DNA of 64,000 nt from an uncultured Eubacteriales bacterium (GTDB taxonomy: Bacteria > Bacillota > Clostridia > Monoglobales > CAYZNM01): NCBI GenBank assembly GCA_964479875.1, contig CAYZNM010000016.1, forward strand, positions 412 through 64,411. Reading direction: 5' to 3'. The position numbers and the translations under genes are program-made. Each line of letters opens with the position of its first letter. Positions within the stretch are counted from its first letter, which is position 1. A model generated the notes under the pieces. The model made no database searches. It worked only from the letters and a program-made list of their open reading frames with translations, and had not been told where the DNA came from. Shown here piece by piece: positions 61,901-64,000 of this stretch.

Positions 61901-62836
61901 ATGGGCAAGATAAACAACTTTAGCGAAACAAACAACATGACGAATCCGAGCAAAGCCGTCACTATGCCGATAGACGCGCTTGCGCCGTATCATGACCACC
62001 CATTAAAGCTATACGACGGACAACGGCTTGACGATATGGTTAGGAGTATCGGGGAGTTAGGCGTATTACATCCAGTGATAGTCCGCTTCTATGACGGCAA
62101 GTACGAGATATTAAGCGGTCACAACAGGGTCAATGCTGCCAAAATAGCAGGACTTACCGAAGTACCTGTTATCATCAAGGAGGGTCTTTCTGACGATGAC
62201 GCACACCTTATCGTCACGGAAACCAATCTCGTGCAGCGTAGTTTTACAGACCTATCACACAGCGAACGCGCTATCGTACTCAAGACGCACATGGACGCTG
62301 TTAAACGATTGGGTAAGCGTAGTGAACTCATCAGCAGTATAGACTATCTCACGGCAACAGACGGTGATACTGCCGAGCCGCATAGTCACAATATCAAGTC
62401 ACGCGATATTACTGCCAAAAACTATGGCTTAAACAATCGCGATGTCAGCCGATATATACGACTGACCGAGCTTATCAAGCCGCTGCAAGGCCGTGTTGAC
62501 AACAAGGAAATAGGCTTCATCACAGGCGTTACCCTGTCGTATCTACAACCCCATGAGCAGGAATGGGTCGACACTGCCATTGTGTCCGGCAACGCTAAGA
62601 TTAGCATAGACACAGCAGAAAACCTACGCGATATGTCAAAGCAAGGCATACTCACGCAAGAGGGTGTGGAGCATATTCTATGCGGCAAGCCTGCGCAAGT
62701 CGAAAAGCCGCGTAATGTCAAACTACACAGCAGTGTATGCAGCAGATACCTTGACGGCATGGACAATGAGCAAGCAAGTGAAACTGTCAGCAAGGCATTA
62801 GAATATTACTTTGCAAACATAAATCAAGGAGGGTAA
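61901..62836 (+). CDS. Second ParB-like N-terminal domain protein
   Basis: L.PY.DHPLKLY, SI.E.GVL.P.IVR...GKYEILSGHNRV.AA and ETNL.QRSF.DL.HSERA; ATG after GGAGG. Confidence 0.88.
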   Translation: MGKINNFSETNNMTNPSKAVTMPIDALAPYHDHPLKLYDGQRLDDMVRSIGELGVLHPVIVRFYDGKYEILSGHNRVNAAKIAGLTEVPVIIKEGLSDDDAHLIVTETNLVQRSFTDLSHSERAIVLKTHMDAVKRLGKRSELISSIDYLTATDGDTAEPHSHNIKSRDITAKNYGLNNRDVSRYIRLTELIKPLQGRVDNKEIGFITGVTLSYLQPHEQEWVDTAIVSGNAKISIDTAENLRDMSKQGILTQEGVEHILCGKPAQVEKPRNVKLHSSVCSRYLDGMDNEQASETVSKALEYYFANINQGG

Positions 62837-62840
62837 CACA

Positions 62841-63188
62841 ATGGCTGAAAACACATTAGTTCAATGTCCAATCTGCAACAAAGAGTGCTACTGCCACAAC
62901 GATGGCGACACACTCATCATCGGGTGTCTGCCGTGTAACTTAGCGATGGACATGAGCGGCTACATCGAGGAAGAAGCATACGAAAAGTGGAACAGGCGGC
63001 CGCGTGAATACGCGTTGCGTTCGCTTGCCGACGCTGCCATTAGCGATGTTGCAGTAAACTGCGAAACATGCGCCCGTGACGGCAGTGACCCTATTTGCGA
63101 CACATGCAAGAAGGAAGGATTCAACCGTTGGATGTGGAGAAATCACGGCTTAGTCGAGGTAGTTAGACGTAAGATGAATGGTGAGTAA
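62841..63188 (+). CDS. Small Cys-rich protein, Lar (restriction alleviation)-like
   Basis: CPIC...GC.PC...EEA.EKWNRR pattern plus a second CxxC...CxxC pair. Confidence 0.55.
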   Translation: MAENTLVQCPICNKECYCHNDGDTLIIGCLPCNLAMDMSGYIEEEAYEKWNRRPREYALRSLADAAISDVAVNCETCARDGSDPICDTCKKEGFNRWMWRNHGLVEVVRRKMNGE

Positions 63189-64000
63189 ATGAATCCATAT
63201 ACACAAAACACCAATGGTGTAACGGGGGAGCAAGTCGCCGCTGCAAAAGAGATAGACCTGCTCACCTACATGAAGCAACACGAACCCAATGCCATACGCA
63301 AATGCGCTAACAACGAATACTGTCTTATCGAACACGACAGCTTAAAGATTTCAAACGGAATGTGGCATTGGTTTTCACAAAACAAAGGTGGCAAGACTGC
63401 TCTCGACTTCCTCGTGCATGTACGAGGCATGGGATTCGTTGACGCAGTGCGTACCCTCATGGAATTGCCGCGCAGTGGCGTACCGCCGTCACAGTATGAT
63501 AATCCAAACAATAGGCTCACGGATAGCAAAGACCGTGAGCCTATTGTTTTGCCCGAACGCAATGCAAACAATGACAGGATTATCGCGTACCTTCGTTCGC
63601 GTGGAATAGACAACGACGTAATAGAACACTGCATTAAGCGTGGTGTGTTGTACGAATCACGCGAATATCACGCATGTGTATTCGTGGGATACAACGGTGA
63701 CACAGCGGCATATGCCAGCATACGAGCAACGAAAAGCAACTTCAAGAAAGAAGTGACAAACAGCGACAAGCGTTACAGCTTCGCCATTCCTACTGCTGAC
63801 AATCCACGAAATGCCGTTTACGTGTTTGAGTCGGCAATCGATACACTGTCGCATGCCACGATGGAAAAAGAACGCGGTACGGCATGGAATACCACACGCC
63901 GACTATCACTCGGCGGTGTATCTCCGCTTACACTCATGCAGTATCTGAAAGATAATCCTGCCGTAAGGCAAGTTGCGTTGTGTTTAGACAACGACAAAAC
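63189..64000 (+). CDS. DUF3991/Toprim primase-like protein, truncated by window edge
   Basis: Not in ORF track. Manual translation MNPYTQ...AKEIDLLTYM...HDSLKIS.GMWHWFSQ..GG..ALDFL...YLRSRGID...VFESAID.LS...LSLGG...LCLDNDK; open to the end of the window. Confidence 0.85.
   Translation, partial: MNPYTQNTNGVTGEQVAAAKEIDLLTYMKQHEPNAIRKCANNEYCLIEHDSLKISNGMWHWFSQNKGGKTALDFLVHVRGMGFVDAVRTLMELPRSGVPPSQYDNPNNRLTDSKDREPIVLPERNANNDRIIAYLRSRGIDNDVIEHCIKRGVLYESREYHACVFVGYNGDTAAYASIRATKSNFKKEVTNSDKRYSFAIPTADNPRNAVYVFESAIDTLSHATMEKERGTAWNTTRRLSLGGVSPLTLMQYLKDNPAVRQVALCLDNDK

Larger units (their letters stand above)
58870..64000 (+). mobile_element. Left end of a probable ICE/IME or integrated plasmid-like element adjacent to tRNA-Ser
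   Basis: ParA-ParB-Rep-ParB-Lar-like-Toprim cluster, all on the + strand, directly after tRNAs. No integrase or att duplication visible in the window; left boundary approximate. Confidence 0.7.

Noticed and set aside
868-63854. The many short opposite-strand or alternate-frame ORFs in the track (e.g. 2428..3033, 10769..11053, 17581..17967, 30669..30968, 50698..51306, 58499..58717)
   Set aside because: They lie inside well-supported genes or tRNAs, are Arg/Ser/Cys-rich shadow translations, and lack RBS or family motifs.
1-64000. CRISPR array
   Set aside because: No regularly spaced identical repeats with unique spacers and no cas genes. The 15-bp rep repeats and 73-bp palindromes do not fit array geometry.

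Overview
A 64-kb chromosomal segment of a Clostridia-like Firmicute. The assignment is inferred from the nusB-xseA-xseB-ispA gene order, cwlD, sigmaA-type promoters and Gram-positive lipoproteins. Genes to about 55.6 kb lie almost all on the minus strand: a DUF1848/HD pair, a lone RND transporter, cwlD, the nusB-xseAB-ispA housekeeping block with a DUF4160/DUF2442 pair inside it, a GH38 mannosidase, two URO-D-family genes, Gfo/Idh/MocA oxidoreductases and an orphan glycyl-radical activase. Next come a LacI-controlled 9-gene glycan locus (two solute-binding proteins, four permeases, an NHL-TPR-Yip1 protein, a DUF5696-like protein, a GH16 lipoprotein), an ilvB-ilvA-ridA operon and a c-di-GMP/two-component signalling cluster. 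An IS1-like remnant and two tRNA-Ser genes follow, then the left end of a probable ICE/IME (ParA, two ParB, Rep, Lar-like, Toprim) that runs off the window. Features not in the ORF track, read directly from the sequence: (1) an Ile-rich leader-peptide attenuator ahead of ilvB; (2) three copies of a fixed-length 73-bp palindrome with compensatory changes; (3) GTAG-type REP/REPIN repeats; (4) LacI-type operators overlapping strong promoters; (5) iteron-like repeats and DnaA boxes inside the rep gene; (6) an apparent saw-tooth in synonymous-codon G/T versus A/C usage that resets at many transcription-unit boundaries. No CRISPR array or rRNA was seen. All family assignments come from motif recognition by eye, not database searches.
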